IMG/VR virus record: IMGVR_UViG_3300046823_000070
Coordinates: 1-31,845 of that record
Source: a virus
Taxonomy: Duplodnaviria; Caudoviricetes
DNA: 31,845 nt
Direction: 5' to 3' (one strand)
Shown: positions 16,629 through 25,071 of the stretch, piece by piece
Layout of the letters: every line of letters starts with the position of its first letter
Numbering within the stretch: position 1 is the stretch's first letter
Notes under the pieces: generated by a model
The model's input: the letters and a program-made list of their open reading frames with translations, nothing else
Databases searched by the model: none
What the model was told of the DNA's origin: nothing
Position numbers and translations under genes: made by a program

Positions 16629-18895
16629 TATTGTTCGCTCATCTCCATCTCATAGACCTTTCCACTGGGCCCTTTCATCTTTCCTGTCCTTTTCTTCGGT
16701 TTGGCCTGAGCCTTCAAAGCCTCCCCAACACCTTTGAGTGCTTCGGCGAGTTCCTTATGGTCGGTCGCCCTAGAAGGCGCGTCTTTCTTCTCTTCCTTGG
16801 GTTTCTCTTTGAGAGATTTCTCAAGGTTATTCACCGCTTCAGCAACCTTCTGCATGTCGTTATAGACCTTCTCGGAGGTCTGAAGACCTGCTTTTTCAAG
16901 ATCAGCCACGATCTTCGTCAGTTTCGCCTCAAAGTCGTTCTGTATCTTCTGCCGTTGATTCGTAATCTCCTGCTGGTGTTGACCCTGTTCGGTCTGTTTC
17001 TCACCCAGTAAGTGAAGGGCTTGCTTATGTTGACCTGTTAGTTGTTGGAGTTGTTGGTTCATACCCATGAGTAAGGCTTTAGCCTCCGGAGGCCAGTCGT
17101 TCATGTTCTTGCCCAAAACGCCCTGTAGTTGAGGCGGGAGCATCGCTGCGAGTCTTGTGGATATTTCCTCAGCCCCAGGCCAGTCCATGTTCTTCGCTAT
17201 CAAATCCCCAATGATCGGACCCGACTGAGGGACGGCTTTCATAAAACCCAGCATAGAATCGGCTGCTTCAGCCCGTTTAGTGGCGTAGGAAGGCCCTATC
17301 GTCACCGCAACCGCATAAGTCCCTAGTTTGGGGTTGTAGAGCTTCTCCATCTTCCCCGTTAAGGGGTTATGTCTATCCTGATGAGGGACGCCTAGGCTGG
17401 GGTCGATTCTGACTTGATCTTCTGAATCGTCTTCTCTGAGGATGGTAAGGGATCGTGGGGTGTCGTAGATTTTGGGGATGATATCGATGAGGATTCTCCC
17501 CGTATGCCTGAGAGACCGCGCGAGATTATCGACATAGTGAAAGTTTCCAAGGTCGCCGGTACGCTTGAGCTCACGTAGAGCTTTCCCTGATTCGTCATAA
17601 AGTCTCTCCTGTAGGGTCGCATCAAACCTTATTCCGGTTGTAGCTTGCATATCCTGAGCAGCGGCGATCTTCGCCTGTACCACACCAGCAGGAGGCCCGG
17701 CGAACTGCTGTCTCTGAGGGGGAGGGGCGGGCTTACCGCTTACAGAACTTGCCTTGTAAAGAAGATACGGATACGCCTTGTCGTTGGCTTGTTTCCACCT
17801 CTGTTCATGACCTTCAACCTGCCCCTCCTCCATGATGTAGGGAGCTTTGGGCATCAAAGCTACTTGTTCAGTTTCTGAAGTAACCCAGTAGTTGTACATC
17901 CTCTGGGAGTCTTTGGCGTCTCGAATCAAACCAGCCAGGACGACCTTCCCCTCAACGTCAGTCTCATCGCCTATGACTTTGACTATGGGTATCCACTTAC
18001 CCAGCCAGTCGTTCTCCTCCAGAACCTGCTTACCGGACATTTTGCACCACTTGATCTTCTTGACCTGAACCTCTCTGGTATTTTCAGGCTCTTCAGTTTT
18101 TAGACTTTCGTCTAACTCATCCTCCCATCCAGTGTGACCGTTCTTTAGATGAACCAGCTTTCTTGTCTCGGTCTCGAAGTAGAAATACTCCGCTATCCGA
18201 ACGTGAGACTGTGTAGTCCAGTTCTTGAACTCATCCCCCATACCCCCCTCTTCGTATTGCATGGGGTCTTTCCCAGGGAAGGTCGCCTCGAACTCAGCCC
18301 TCGGTATTAGGTCTGTGATAAACCCGAACTGAGCGTCTGATCCGTCCGGTTCCTGGAGGTCCGGATCGAGATAGACCCTAAAGGGGTTACGTATACGCCC
18401 GATTCGGATAACTTGATCAAAGCTATCCTCATCTTCATATTCGGTGAGGACTCGCCAATACCCCCATCCGTTACTGACGGCGGAGTCAAAGCCTGTGTCA
18501 TAGGCAACATCAGCATTACTTTGTCGCTCAATCTGGCGTATGAGCCCCTTGAGCATCTTCGCAGTATGCGGGTCAGAACGATCTCCCTCCGGGGAGACGT
18601 TGATAGCGGGGCGGTTTTGTCTCTGGTCATTGGTAATTTGATGAACAAAGGTCTTCATCTTGTTGACAGTCAGACAAGGCCTTTTCTGCGTCGTCCTGTC
18701 AGCCTTGATGGCATCGGGCCACTGATCCCCAGACTTGAACTTCAGGTCTTCAACTGCCATCTTCCTGTTGACCGCTTCAGCAGCTATGCACCTGTCGAAC
18801 CTCTTCCTGACAAGTCTCAGGAACTCGTCATCATTCCTCGCCTTCTTCTCAGTCTTTGCAGAAGGGGCGCGGTCGGTTACAGCAGCTTCAGCCAC
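16628..18895 (-). CDS. Portal protein (P22 gp1-like)
   Basis: DL.F..GDQWP, RPCLT.NK, RQNRP.I.V.P, A....G.GYWRV, Q.MYNYW, GPSY.TKR.EA; C-terminal coiled coil. Confidence 0.95.
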   Translation of the reverse strand: MAEAAVTDRAPSAKTEKKARNDDEFLRLVRKRFDRCIAAEAVNRKMAVEDLKFKSGDQWPDAIKADRTTQKRPCLTVNKMKTFVHQITNDQRQNRPAINVSPEGDRSDPHTAKMLKGLIRQIERQSNADVAYDTGFDSAVSNGWGYWRVLTEYEDEDSFDQVIRIGRIRNPFRVYLDPDLQEPDGSDAQFGFITDLIPRAEFEATFPGKDPMQYEEGGMGDEFKNWTTQSHVRIAEYFYFETETRKLVHLKNGHTGWEDELDESLKTEEPENTREVQVKKIKWCKMSGKQVLEENDWLGKWIPIVKVIGDETDVEGKVVLAGLIRDAKDSQRMYNYWVTSETEQVALMPKAPYIMEEGQVEGHEQRWKQANDKAYPYLLYKASSVSGKPAPPPQRQQFAGPPAGVVQAKIAAAQDMQATTGIRFDATLQERLYDESGKALRELKRTGDLGNFHYVDNLARSLRHTGRILIDIIPKIYDTPRSLTILREDDSEDQVRIDPSLGVPHQDRHNPLTGKMEKLYNPKLGTYAVAVTIGPSYATKRAEAADSMLGFMKAVPQSGPIIGDLIAKNMDWPGAEEISTRLAAMLPPQLQGVLGKNMNDWPPEAKALLMGMNQQLQQLTGQHKQALHLLGEKQTEQGQHQQEITNQRQKIQNDFEAKLTKIVADLEKAGLQTSEKVYNDMQKVAEAVNNLEKSLKEKPKEEKKDAPSRATDHKELAEALKGVGEALKAQAKPKKRTGKMKGPSGKVYEMEMSEQ

Positions 18896-19032
18896 GTCTC
18901 ACCATCTTTTATGTAGATATTCGATAGCTTGCACAAATGCCTCAAAGACCTCAGAAGCTCGATCAGCCGGTCAGGAGAAACATCCGGCACTTCACGGGCA
19001 ATCCGGAAAGAGGGATCAAGACTGATCATCAT
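18877..19032 (-). CDS. Small hypothetical protein (51 aa)
   Basis: MMISLDPSFRIAREV...WLKLL, read by hand; fills the gap before the portal gene. Confidence 0.45.
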   Translation of the reverse strand: MMISLDPSFRIAREVPDVSPDRLIELLRSLRHLCKLSNIYIKDGETWLKLL

Positions 19033-19044
19033 GGGTTAAGCCTT

Positions 19045-19269
19045 TCAGACCACATACTCATCAAACTCGATCTCCCCGGGGGCTAGACCTTTCTGCATCA
19101 ACTCAATCACCTTTTCCTTGAACTGCTTGCGTCTTTTCACCTGTTCCTTATCTACTGGAGCTTCGGCAAAGTACGACCCAGTAGAAGTAGTCGCCATGTA
19201 CGTCACCATCCGCTCATCACGGGTGATGTCGTAGAACTCGAATTCGTTGAACTTAACGATTAACTGCAT
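19045..19269 (-). CDS. Hypothetical protein
   Basis: Likely start MQLIVKF at 19269 with a GGAG RBS. Confidence 0.6.
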   Translation of the reverse strand: MQLIVKFNEFEFYDITRDERMVTYMATTSTGSYFAEAPVDKEQVKRRKQFKEKVIELMQKGLAPGEIEFDEYVV

Positions 19270-19450
19270 ACTCCGTCCACATCTTGTACATGAACTCCGG
19301 ATACGGGATTGTCGGGCAGTAGGCTTCAAACGACCTCAGAATTGCATAGTGAAGAGCCCAATCCAATATCAACCCATCAGGAATCGCGCTCTTCCCCCAA
19401 GGTTTCCCACGGCGAATGCGTTTAGCTATGCGCTCTGTGAGGCATCTCAT
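19253..19450 (-). CDS. Hypothetical protein
   Basis: 65 aa, ATGA-coupled to the upstream small ORF. Confidence 0.45.
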   Translation of the reverse strand: MRCLTERIAKRIRRGKPWGKSAIPDGLILDWALHYAILRSFEAYCPTIPYPEFMYKMWTEYAVNR

Positions 19451-19608
19451 ACATCACCAAAGGAAATGGACCCGCCATAGAATAACCACCGAAAGCCGAT
19501 AGACCAGTAACCACCGCCTTGAGTCCTGTCACCTCCCCTTGTGATGATGATCTGTGGGATTAACCAGCATTGCCAGTGAGTCTTCGACCAGTAGGAAACT
19601 GTCTTCAC
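19447..19608 (-). CDS. Small Trp/Gly-rich hypothetical protein (53 aa)
   Basis: GTGA overlap with the terL stop; reads MKTVSYWSKTHWQCWLIP...; ends in an ATGA overlap. Confidence 0.5.
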   Translation of the reverse strand: MKTVSYWSKTHWQCWLIPQIIITRGGDRTQGGGYWSIGFRWLFYGGSISFGDV

Positions 19609-20924
19609 GCCGCCATCCAGGATTGGGAGTTATCGTCTTTGGAGTAGGTCACTATCTCAACCGCTTCTTTTGTTTGGATAGGACTGAGTTTATGCCCTAT
19701 GGACAAGTATATATACGCCTTGGAAGCATGCGATGACCAATCATGAAAAGGTTCATCCGCAAAGCAGTACCGCTTTTCAAGCCAAGGATAGTGGTAAGCG
19801 CTCAATGCAGTTCTTCCTCGTTCAGTCCTTTTCGCGTCGAACCAGCAACGACTAAAGAATGCACGCGCGGCGTTGATGCAGTCTTGCCCTGTGTCCTTAA
19901 GGGTACGATCTTCGAATTTGAACCCAAGCGCCCTCGCCTGCTCCCGCGTCGATTTCCCATTAGCCGCAAAGTGATGCTGTTCGATGTCATGAGGACCGTT
20001 ATGCGTACCCCAAACATAATCCATTCCCTGCAAGACTTTGACATAATGGTCAATCCCTATCCCTGTGCCTGAGTTTTCGTAGTAATCTATGACATGGACT
20101 TCCTTCCCCGCGTTCTGAGTGAACCAGATTGCCGTAGCATCTGATGTCCCTATATCCCACCATGTGTCTACAGGGTATTCTGGTTGGTAAGGAACCCCAC
20201 ATATCCTTCCCTCTTTCTCCGCCTTCTCCATCTGCCTTCCAAAGACCGACCCCTGCTGAACCCCTTCGAATGAACAGTAATACTCCTGTTGGATAAGCTC
20301 TTCACTCATCCCCTCCCGACGTTCCTTGTCAATGTCTGAGGGGTCGAGAGCCTTTGTCTGATCGATTGTAAGAACTTCGGCGAACCACTCAGGGTTACTC
20401 TTAGCCATTTGATACAGGCTGTATCCGTGGTTCTTCCCCCTGGGGGTGTAATCGAAAATGGCCCATCCACCATTCTCACGCAGAATTGGTCGCATGTAAT
20501 CCCAGGCCCGAGGGTCTTGCATAGCGTATTCGCTAAAGACGCATCCGATGGGATTGGTTCCGAGTACGGAATCGATATTGTCAGTCCCGATGAGCTGAAT
20601 GGCTGAACCATTGACTAACTCTACCCGCAACTCCGTCTCGTTCTTGTTCTTGACGATCTCACGTGGGATATGCCCCATGAAAGGAAATCCTTCCCTGTCT
20701 CTCCCATCCCATAGAACTTTCTTCGCCTGAGCATAAGTGGGGAACATATAGAAGTACGTTCCCACCCGTTGAAACGCTGCCTTGCAGACGTAGTTGATGA
20801 ATGTCTTTTCCTTACCGCTTCGCCTGTGCCAGACCGCTACCGCCCTCTTAATGCCTGAGTCCAGTGCTTGTAGGATCGGGAGCTGGTAGGGCCTTGGAAC
20901 ATAGTTGAAAGGTATCGTCAGCAT
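19605..20924 (-). CDS. terL: Terminase large subunit
   Basis: PR.YQ, WHRRSGK Walker A, VFSEYA Walker B, TPRGKNH, QEYYCSF, and nuclease-domain WDIG..D and HDWSSH. Confidence 0.96.
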   Translation of the reverse strand: MLTIPFNYVPRPYQLPILQALDSGIKRAVAVWHRRSGKEKTFINYVCKAAFQRVGTYFYMFPTYAQAKKVLWDGRDREGFPFMGHIPREIVKNKNETELRVELVNGSAIQLIGTDNIDSVLGTNPIGCVFSEYAMQDPRAWDYMRPILRENGGWAIFDYTPRGKNHGYSLYQMAKSNPEWFAEVLTIDQTKALDPSDIDKERREGMSEELIQQEYYCSFEGVQQGSVFGRQMEKAEKEGRICGVPYQPEYPVDTWWDIGTSDATAIWFTQNAGKEVHVIDYYENSGTGIGIDHYVKVLQGMDYVWGTHNGPHDIEQHHFAANGKSTREQARALGFKFEDRTLKDTGQDCINAARAFFSRCWFDAKRTERGRTALSAYHYPWLEKRYCFADEPFHDWSSHASKAYIYLSIGHKLSPIQTKEAVEIVTYSKDDNSQSWMAA

Positions 20925-21025
20925 TTATGCGGGTGGGCGAGAGCAACTTACTAAAAAGCTCTATCCCGGAATATTTCCTATCAATGAAACATGGCTCCAA
21001 GAGAAGTTAAGGCAAATGCAAAGCG

Positions 21026-21199
21026 CTATTCTTCGCATTCAGGAGTTCGAGCGCCAACTTGATCTCGGGCTTGAAGCATTGCACGGAAAAGGTCAGTAAC
21101 AAACAATCGTGGGTCGTTGTCTGGGTCGCCGAACTGCATGAAGGCATTTACCCCAGCTCTAACCATCTCCTCAGTAATCTGAATATCCGGCCTTGACAT
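21026..21199 (-). CDS. Small hypothetical protein (57 aa)
   Basis: MSRPDIQITEEMVRAG...; the ITEEM..AG motif is common in small phage proteins. Confidence 0.5.
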   Translation of the reverse strand: MSRPDIQITEEMVRAGVNAFMQFGDPDNDPRLFVTDLFRAMLQARDQVGARTPECEE

Positions 21200-21249
21200 A
21201 TCTCGTTGGCTCTTTTAACCGACGCTTCTCCAGAAACGTCCCAAAGCAC

Positions 21250-21561
21250 TCAGTGGGTTTGGTGATCCCGCACGCCCGACAAGTCTTCGAGTTTTGCGGT
21301 CTCTGGTGTTCGTAGTTGTGAGGGATGGTAAGCAATTAGTCCAATCTGCAGTGGTTGTCCGTCTGCATCACTAGCGGTTATATCTGTAGCCTGTAAGGTA
21401 GGCATTACCCTGCTTAGTAATATCTCAGCCGCGCGTATTTGGGTGCTGCTCATTTCCAGCCTACCAAGCACATGATTTCTAAGGTGATTTATGAGCATGC
21501 TGGCGCGTATCTTTTCACGCCATTTCTCGTGCAGGGTCACCTTGCTTGATCTAGCGGCCAT
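21250..21561 (-). CDS. terS: Terminase small subunit (putative)
   Basis: REKI.AS.LIN.L..H.LG..EMS.TQIRAAEILL...P.L motif; upstream of terL. Confidence 0.7.
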   Translation of the reverse strand: MAARSSKVTLHEKWREKIRASMLINHLRNHVLGRLEMSSTQIRAAEILLSRVMPTLQATDITASDADGQPLQIGLIAYHPSQLRTPETAKLEDLSGVRDHQTH

Positions 21562-21816
21562 GCCTGTGGATATCCTGTGGATTCACGTGGATCATCAGGC
21601 TTTCCCTCTTTCGCAACGCTCCGTAAGTTTTCGTGCGCCCCATTGACTGATGCCGCCAAAAGGACGGAAGACAACGTGTAGCAAAATCCAGTTTACAAGA
21701 TCGTCTATCATTTCCTCAGTCTATACCCATCGGTCTCGATGTCGTACTCGTAGGATTTACACCTGAGATACATCTGCTCAAATGTTATACCTGGGTACCA
21801 GAGGTTTCTTAGCCAC

Positions 21817-22044
21817 TTAGCCACGAAGTCTTTGAGCGCTCTTGGGGCTTGAGTTGCCGATTTTGTAACTGCCGCCTCTAGAGTTACCCGTGGTCATCCT
21901 CTGGGCTTGAGGGGTGGGCTTAGACCCACCGCCTGTCTGACCCTTACCGTGGATTTTGTTCCCTTGGGGATCGTTCCCGTAGACTTTGTTATCAGGGTCT
22001 TGGGAGTTGGGATTGAACTCCTGGACCTTTGACCACTTCCTCAT
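21817..22044 (-). CDS. Basic Gly/Ser/Gln-rich disordered peptide B (75 aa)
   Basis: MRKWSKVQ...YKIGNSSPKSAQRLRG; start 2 nt after the peptide A stop. Confidence 0.65.
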   Translation of the reverse strand: MRKWSKVQEFNPNSQDPDNKVYGNDPQGNKIHGKGQTGGGSKPTPQAQRMTTGNSRGGSYKIGNSSPKSAQRLRG

Positions 22045-22046
22045 GA

Positions 22047-22211
22047 CTACTTCCCGATCTTGTTCATTGGCCGAATCCTCTGAGCGCTTGAGGGAAAGCT
22101 CGAAGGAATCGTGAACTTCGACCCGCTCGGGCGGCTTCCAGAGCCTGTTGAGGTATTCTGACCCGCCGACCGACCACCGGTACCACCTTGCTTCACTGAC
22201 TTTGCTTTCAT
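22047..22211 (-). CDS. Basic Gly/Ser-rich disordered peptide A (54 aa; not in the ORF track)
   Basis: Reads MKAKSVKQGGTGGRSAGQNTSTGSGSRPSGSKFTIPSSFPSSAQRIRPMNKIGK, with an AAGGA RBS. Confidence 0.65.
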   Translation of the reverse strand: MKAKSVKQGGTGGRSAGQNTSTGSGSRPSGSKFTIPSSFPSSAQRIRPMNKIGK

Positions 22212-22232
22212 GATTTTTCCTTGAGTTAGAAG

Positions 22233-22260
22233 AAAAAAAGCCCCATCGAATGACAGGGCT
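22233..22260 (-). terminator. Rho-independent terminator at the entry to the late operon
   Basis: Minus strand AGCCCTGTC-ATTC-GATGGGGCT followed by a T run (7 T including the stem T). Confidence 0.8.
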
Positions 22261-22310
22261 CATGCCAGGGGAGGAACTGGCGGACTAATACAATAGGTTG
22301 TGGCATTTCA

Positions 22311-23288
22311 CTATGTTGCTACTAACTCTGGGGATGTGTCAACCTTTTCCTTCCACACGTCACACCCCTTGCAAATGCTTGTTTTCTCACCCAACAGGTG
22401 CTCTTGTCTCACCCTGTTCTGAATCGGTGAATTCCACAGTTCCGAAATACTCGAATCGTTAAGGTTTCCAACAGGATGCTTCTTGTTGTAATCGACATTA
22501 CACCTTGGGACCGTCCCATCGGCGAAGATCACCATCAACGACCACAACGCTACACAAGGCTTGGGATCGGTCCGACTCGGAACACCTTTCAACTGAACTC
22601 CCCAGTTATGAAGGTCTCGATAGTCTACGCGGTCGGTTTCTTTGACGAGACAATTCCAGGCTTTTTGATATTCGGGCCATTCAGTATAGTTGTCTTTCTG
22701 TCTTATCATCCTCACCCAGACTTTGCACTTTGATTTAGTAGCGTTCCTCATCAAAATGAAGTTGTAGGCGTTCTCCATCACTTCTCTGAAATCCAACCCT
22801 ACTCTGATTTTCTCGTAGACTTCTTTCTTCAAGGAGTCAATCGACAAGATGATCGAATCCAACCCCGCTTCTAGTAGGGCTAGAGTCTTGGCGTGATTGA
22901 GCAGCGCGACGTTCGTTGAAATCCCGACCTCTCTTACTCCGGCGGATTTCATCATCCTCACCCGCTCGGGGAGTTTCTTGTCCAACAACGGCTCACCGTC
23001 CCGGTATAAGTGGACCCTCAAGACTTCAGGATGATCTCGTATCTCATCGACGATATTCCTGAAAAGCCCATCGGACATAAGACCGTCTCTACGGTCCCAA
23101 TCATCAATCGTGCACATCGGACACCTAGCGTTACAGGCGTTAACGGTCTCGATCTCGAAGAACCTGGGGAATGAGAGTAAGTCGTCATACGTCTCTAGAG
23201 GGGAGATTCGCCTTACAAGATACTCCCTTGATTCAAAGGCTTGAATAGATTTCCCCATGTAATCCTCGGGTCTTTTGTACCTTGGCAT
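22311..23288 (-). CDS. Radical SAM enzyme with C-terminal SPASM-type domain
   Basis: CNARCPMC (CxxxCxxC), GEPLLD, STN; C-terminal C...W..M.I.ADG.V..C..D...GNL...ELWNS...CxxC. Confidence 0.92.
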   Translation of the reverse strand: MPRYKRPEDYMGKSIQAFESREYLVRRISPLETYDDLLSFPRFFEIETVNACNARCPMCTIDDWDRRDGLMSDGLFRNIVDEIRDHPEVLRVHLYRDGEPLLDKKLPERVRMMKSAGVREVGISTNVALLNHAKTLALLEAGLDSIILSIDSLKKEVYEKIRVGLDFREVMENAYNFILMRNATKSKCKVWVRMIRQKDNYTEWPEYQKAWNCLVKETDRVDYRDLHNWGVQLKGVPSRTDPKPCVALWSLMVIFADGTVPRCNVDYNKKHPVGNLNDSSISELWNSPIQNRVRQEHLLGEKTSICKGCDVWKEKVDTSPELVAT

Positions 23289-23964
23289 TCACGTCGCAAA
23301 CCCTTATATCTATTGAGACTCTAGTCCAAGGAGCTTTGTTGACGACTTGCCCGTGAACACAGGCTGAATTGAAAATAATCGCTTCACCTACAAAACACGG
23401 CACCGGACTGCACAAGGCTTCGGTCTGAGCACTCATCTTCTTAGGAGCGTACCTGAAACCTAACCAGTGTTCATCAGAGCCCCTTTTCACTTGGTCGCTC
23501 TCTACCTGAACCCAAGGGTAAGCCTCATCAGATTCGTTGTGAGACCCCGCTATCATTCTCAACTCCCCACCTTGTATCGCATGAGTCAAAGGAGCCCACA
23601 ATACCCACTCTTCAGTCGTCGCCCCGTAGTGAGTGTCCCGGTGAATCCCGATATTGTCCTCGGGGCGGTCTTTCCGAGCGACCCTGGTGTAAGGCTCTTT
23701 TTGGTAGAGCAGATTCTCAATCCCAGTGAAGTACTTGATCTTATCTAAATTTTCCTGGATTAAATCTTCCCATTCCCACATCAGGTGAACTCTCTTGCTC
23801 AACTCCACCCATGAGTCAATAAAGTCTTCGGGGGAGTAATTCTCCAAAGGCCCCGTACGGGCTTCGATCCTCGCCTTCAGACGAAAGATTGAATCTCCAT
23901 CCAACTTGAACCGCTGGAACCCGACCTTCGCTAGAGCTACTTCTTGAACCGGTGTACTCCCCAT
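23233..23964 (-). CDS. 2OG-Fe(II) dioxygenase (PhyH-like)
   Basis: HRD facial-triad motif, W.PL, distal HG..VN and TR.S.D.R 2OG-binding motif. Confidence 0.85.
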   Translation of the reverse strand: MGSTPVQEVALAKVGFQRFKLDGDSIFRLKARIEARTGPLENYSPEDFIDSWVELSKRVHLMWEWEDLIQENLDKIKYFTGIENLLYQKEPYTRVARKDRPEDNIGIHRDTHYGATTEEWVLWAPLTHAIQGGELRMIAGSHNESDEAYPWVQVESDQVKRGSDEHWLGFRYAPKKMSAQTEALCSPVPCFVGEAIIFNSACVHGQVVNKAPWTRVSIDIRVCDVNAKVQKTRGLHGEIYSSL

Positions 23965-24425
23965 ATTTTCCCCTTGCCTATTTTCTCCAAGAGCTTACAC
24001 AAGTCCTCTATTCTGTCGGGAGTTACTTTATCCGGCCTGACAATAGCGAGTCTTTCATACGGAACCACGGCTCGCAAGCCCATTTCAGCAAATCTTTTCT
24101 GATCCCCGTAGGCGGTGTGCCCCGACCACTCGGCAGCTTCCGAAGATATATAGACGATGAACGAATCCTTGAATCGGTTGGCAATCCGAATGGGCGAATC
24201 GACATTTATTGACCAGGCGTCTTCGTCGATTTCACAATCCCTAAACTTTGTCTTTGCTGCAACGATAAAGACAACCTCGCTGGCAGGAAGACTTGAGGGA
24301 TCGTCTGTAAGCTGGAAGTACGGGCGGGCTCCAGTATGCCGTGAGGTCCCGGTACAGTTTTTGAAGTGCTTGAATAACGCACCCCCAAGTTGTCCGTCCT
24401 TGCCAATGAGAAGCCACATAACCAA
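23937..24425 (-). CDS. Short RmlD-like NAD(P)-dependent sugar-nucleotide reductase/epimerase (SDR)
   Basis: IG.DGQLG, A.T....CE......IN, YISS, and catalytic YG.QK..AE (YxxxK). Only 162 aa, shorter than canonical RmlD. Confidence 0.8.
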   Translation of the reverse strand: MVMWLLIGKDGQLGGALFKHFKNCTGTSRHTGARPYFQLTDDPSSLPASEVVFIVAAKTKFRDCEIDEDAWSINVDSPIRIANRFKDSFIVYISSEAAEWSGHTAYGDQKRFAEMGLRAVVPYERLAIVRPDKVTPDRIEDLCKLLEKIGKGKIWGVHRFKK

Positions 24426-24655
24426 TCTACCTTTGTTTTAACCCTTCGTTTCCTTGCGTAATACTCTCGATGGTAAAGCCTGAGCCTTTCCTTGTTTCTC
24501 TGCGCCCAAGCCCCATAAAGCCGTTTCTGGTTTTCCTTGTGTCTCAGCCTTCTTGCTTTGGCCTTATCCTTGTTCTTGTAGTACCACAAACGGTTATAGA
24601 GACGGGTTTTCTCCCTCTTTACCTCCACCGGGTCCAATACCCCGGAGAGGATCAC
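24206..24655 (-). CDS. Basic helical hypothetical protein
   Basis: GTGA-coupled start at 24655; K/R/Y-rich repeats (YYKNKDK, NKERL). Its 3' half overlaps the SDR gene by about 220 bp. Confidence 0.45.
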   Translation of the reverse strand: MILSGVLDPVEVKREKTRLYNRLWYYKNKDKAKARRLRHKENQKRLYGAWAQRNKERLRLYHREYYARKRRVKTKVDWLCGFSLARTDNLGVRYSSTSKTVPGPHGILEPARTSSLQTIPQVFLPARLSLSLQQRQSLGIVKSTKTPGQ

Positions 24656-24843
24656 CGTCCGTCTAACGTTCGCTCCGCTTCGCTTATCCATCTCAACGCC
24701 AGTTCTAGCTCGAAGATCGCCTGTTCGATGTAGTATCTCCCGTTGCCCAAATGAACGGGCTTCATGTGGATAAGTCTTAACTCTTCCTCGGATTGGGCAA
24801 GGAACTTGTGCGCCCTTGAGAAGTAGGAGGACCAGTCGCTCAT
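24652..24843 (-). CDS. Hypothetical protein
   Basis: 63 aa, ATGA/GTGA coupled at both ends. Confidence 0.6.
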   Translation of the reverse strand: MSDWSSYFSRAHKFLAQSEEELRLIHMKPVHLGNGRYYIEQAIFELELALRWISEAERTLDGR

Positions 24844-24995
24844 GTCGTAATCTTGACAGTCTTGGTCCGTTTTCGTTTAGGGGCGCTACCGGCTTTTTTG
24901 GCTATCTCCGACCGTCTTTCAGGAGTTAAAGCCTTGGCGCGCTTCCTGCCGCCTTCCTGACCCCATTTCTGGAACTGCTCTCTGGTGAACTCCAT
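24840..24995 (-). CDS. Small basic KGG-like putative nucleic-acid-binding peptide (51 aa; not in the ORF track)
   Basis: Reads MEFTREQFQKWGQEGGRKRAKALTPERRSEIAKKAG...; appears leaderless (TAGAAT 5 nt upstream of ATG). Confidence 0.7.
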   Translation of the reverse strand: MEFTREQFQKWGQEGGRKRAKALTPERRSEIAKKAGSAPKRKRTKTVKITT

Positions 24996-25000
24996 GCCCC

Positions 25001-25071
25001 ATTCTACCCCGCAAGTATTTAACGGTTCCTTGACCTAGATCAATTCTTACCTACTAGGATAGGGGTAAGAT
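25001..25071. promoter_or_regulatory. Divergent promoter pair with central FNR/CRP-family box
   Basis: TTGACCTAGATCAA (25030-25043) matches TTGAT-N4-ATCAA at 9/10. -10 elements: TAAGAT (+, 25066-25071) and TAGAAT (-, 25006-25001). Confidence 0.6.

Noticed and set aside
21817-22263. 148-aa ORF as listed in the track
   Set aside because: Its 5' part runs through a terminator and overlaps a better ORF with an RBS (22211-22047). The real start is likely 22044.
22309-22343. TTGACA at the end of the radical SAM gene as the late promoter
   Set aside because: No convincing -10 at 16-18 bp spacing. It may still be an activator-dependent promoter, but that is unsupported here.
482-24733. Numerous plus-strand and alternate-frame ORFs over the minus-strand genes
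   Set aside because: They are shadow ORFs of well-supported minus-strand genes and have no motifs of their own.
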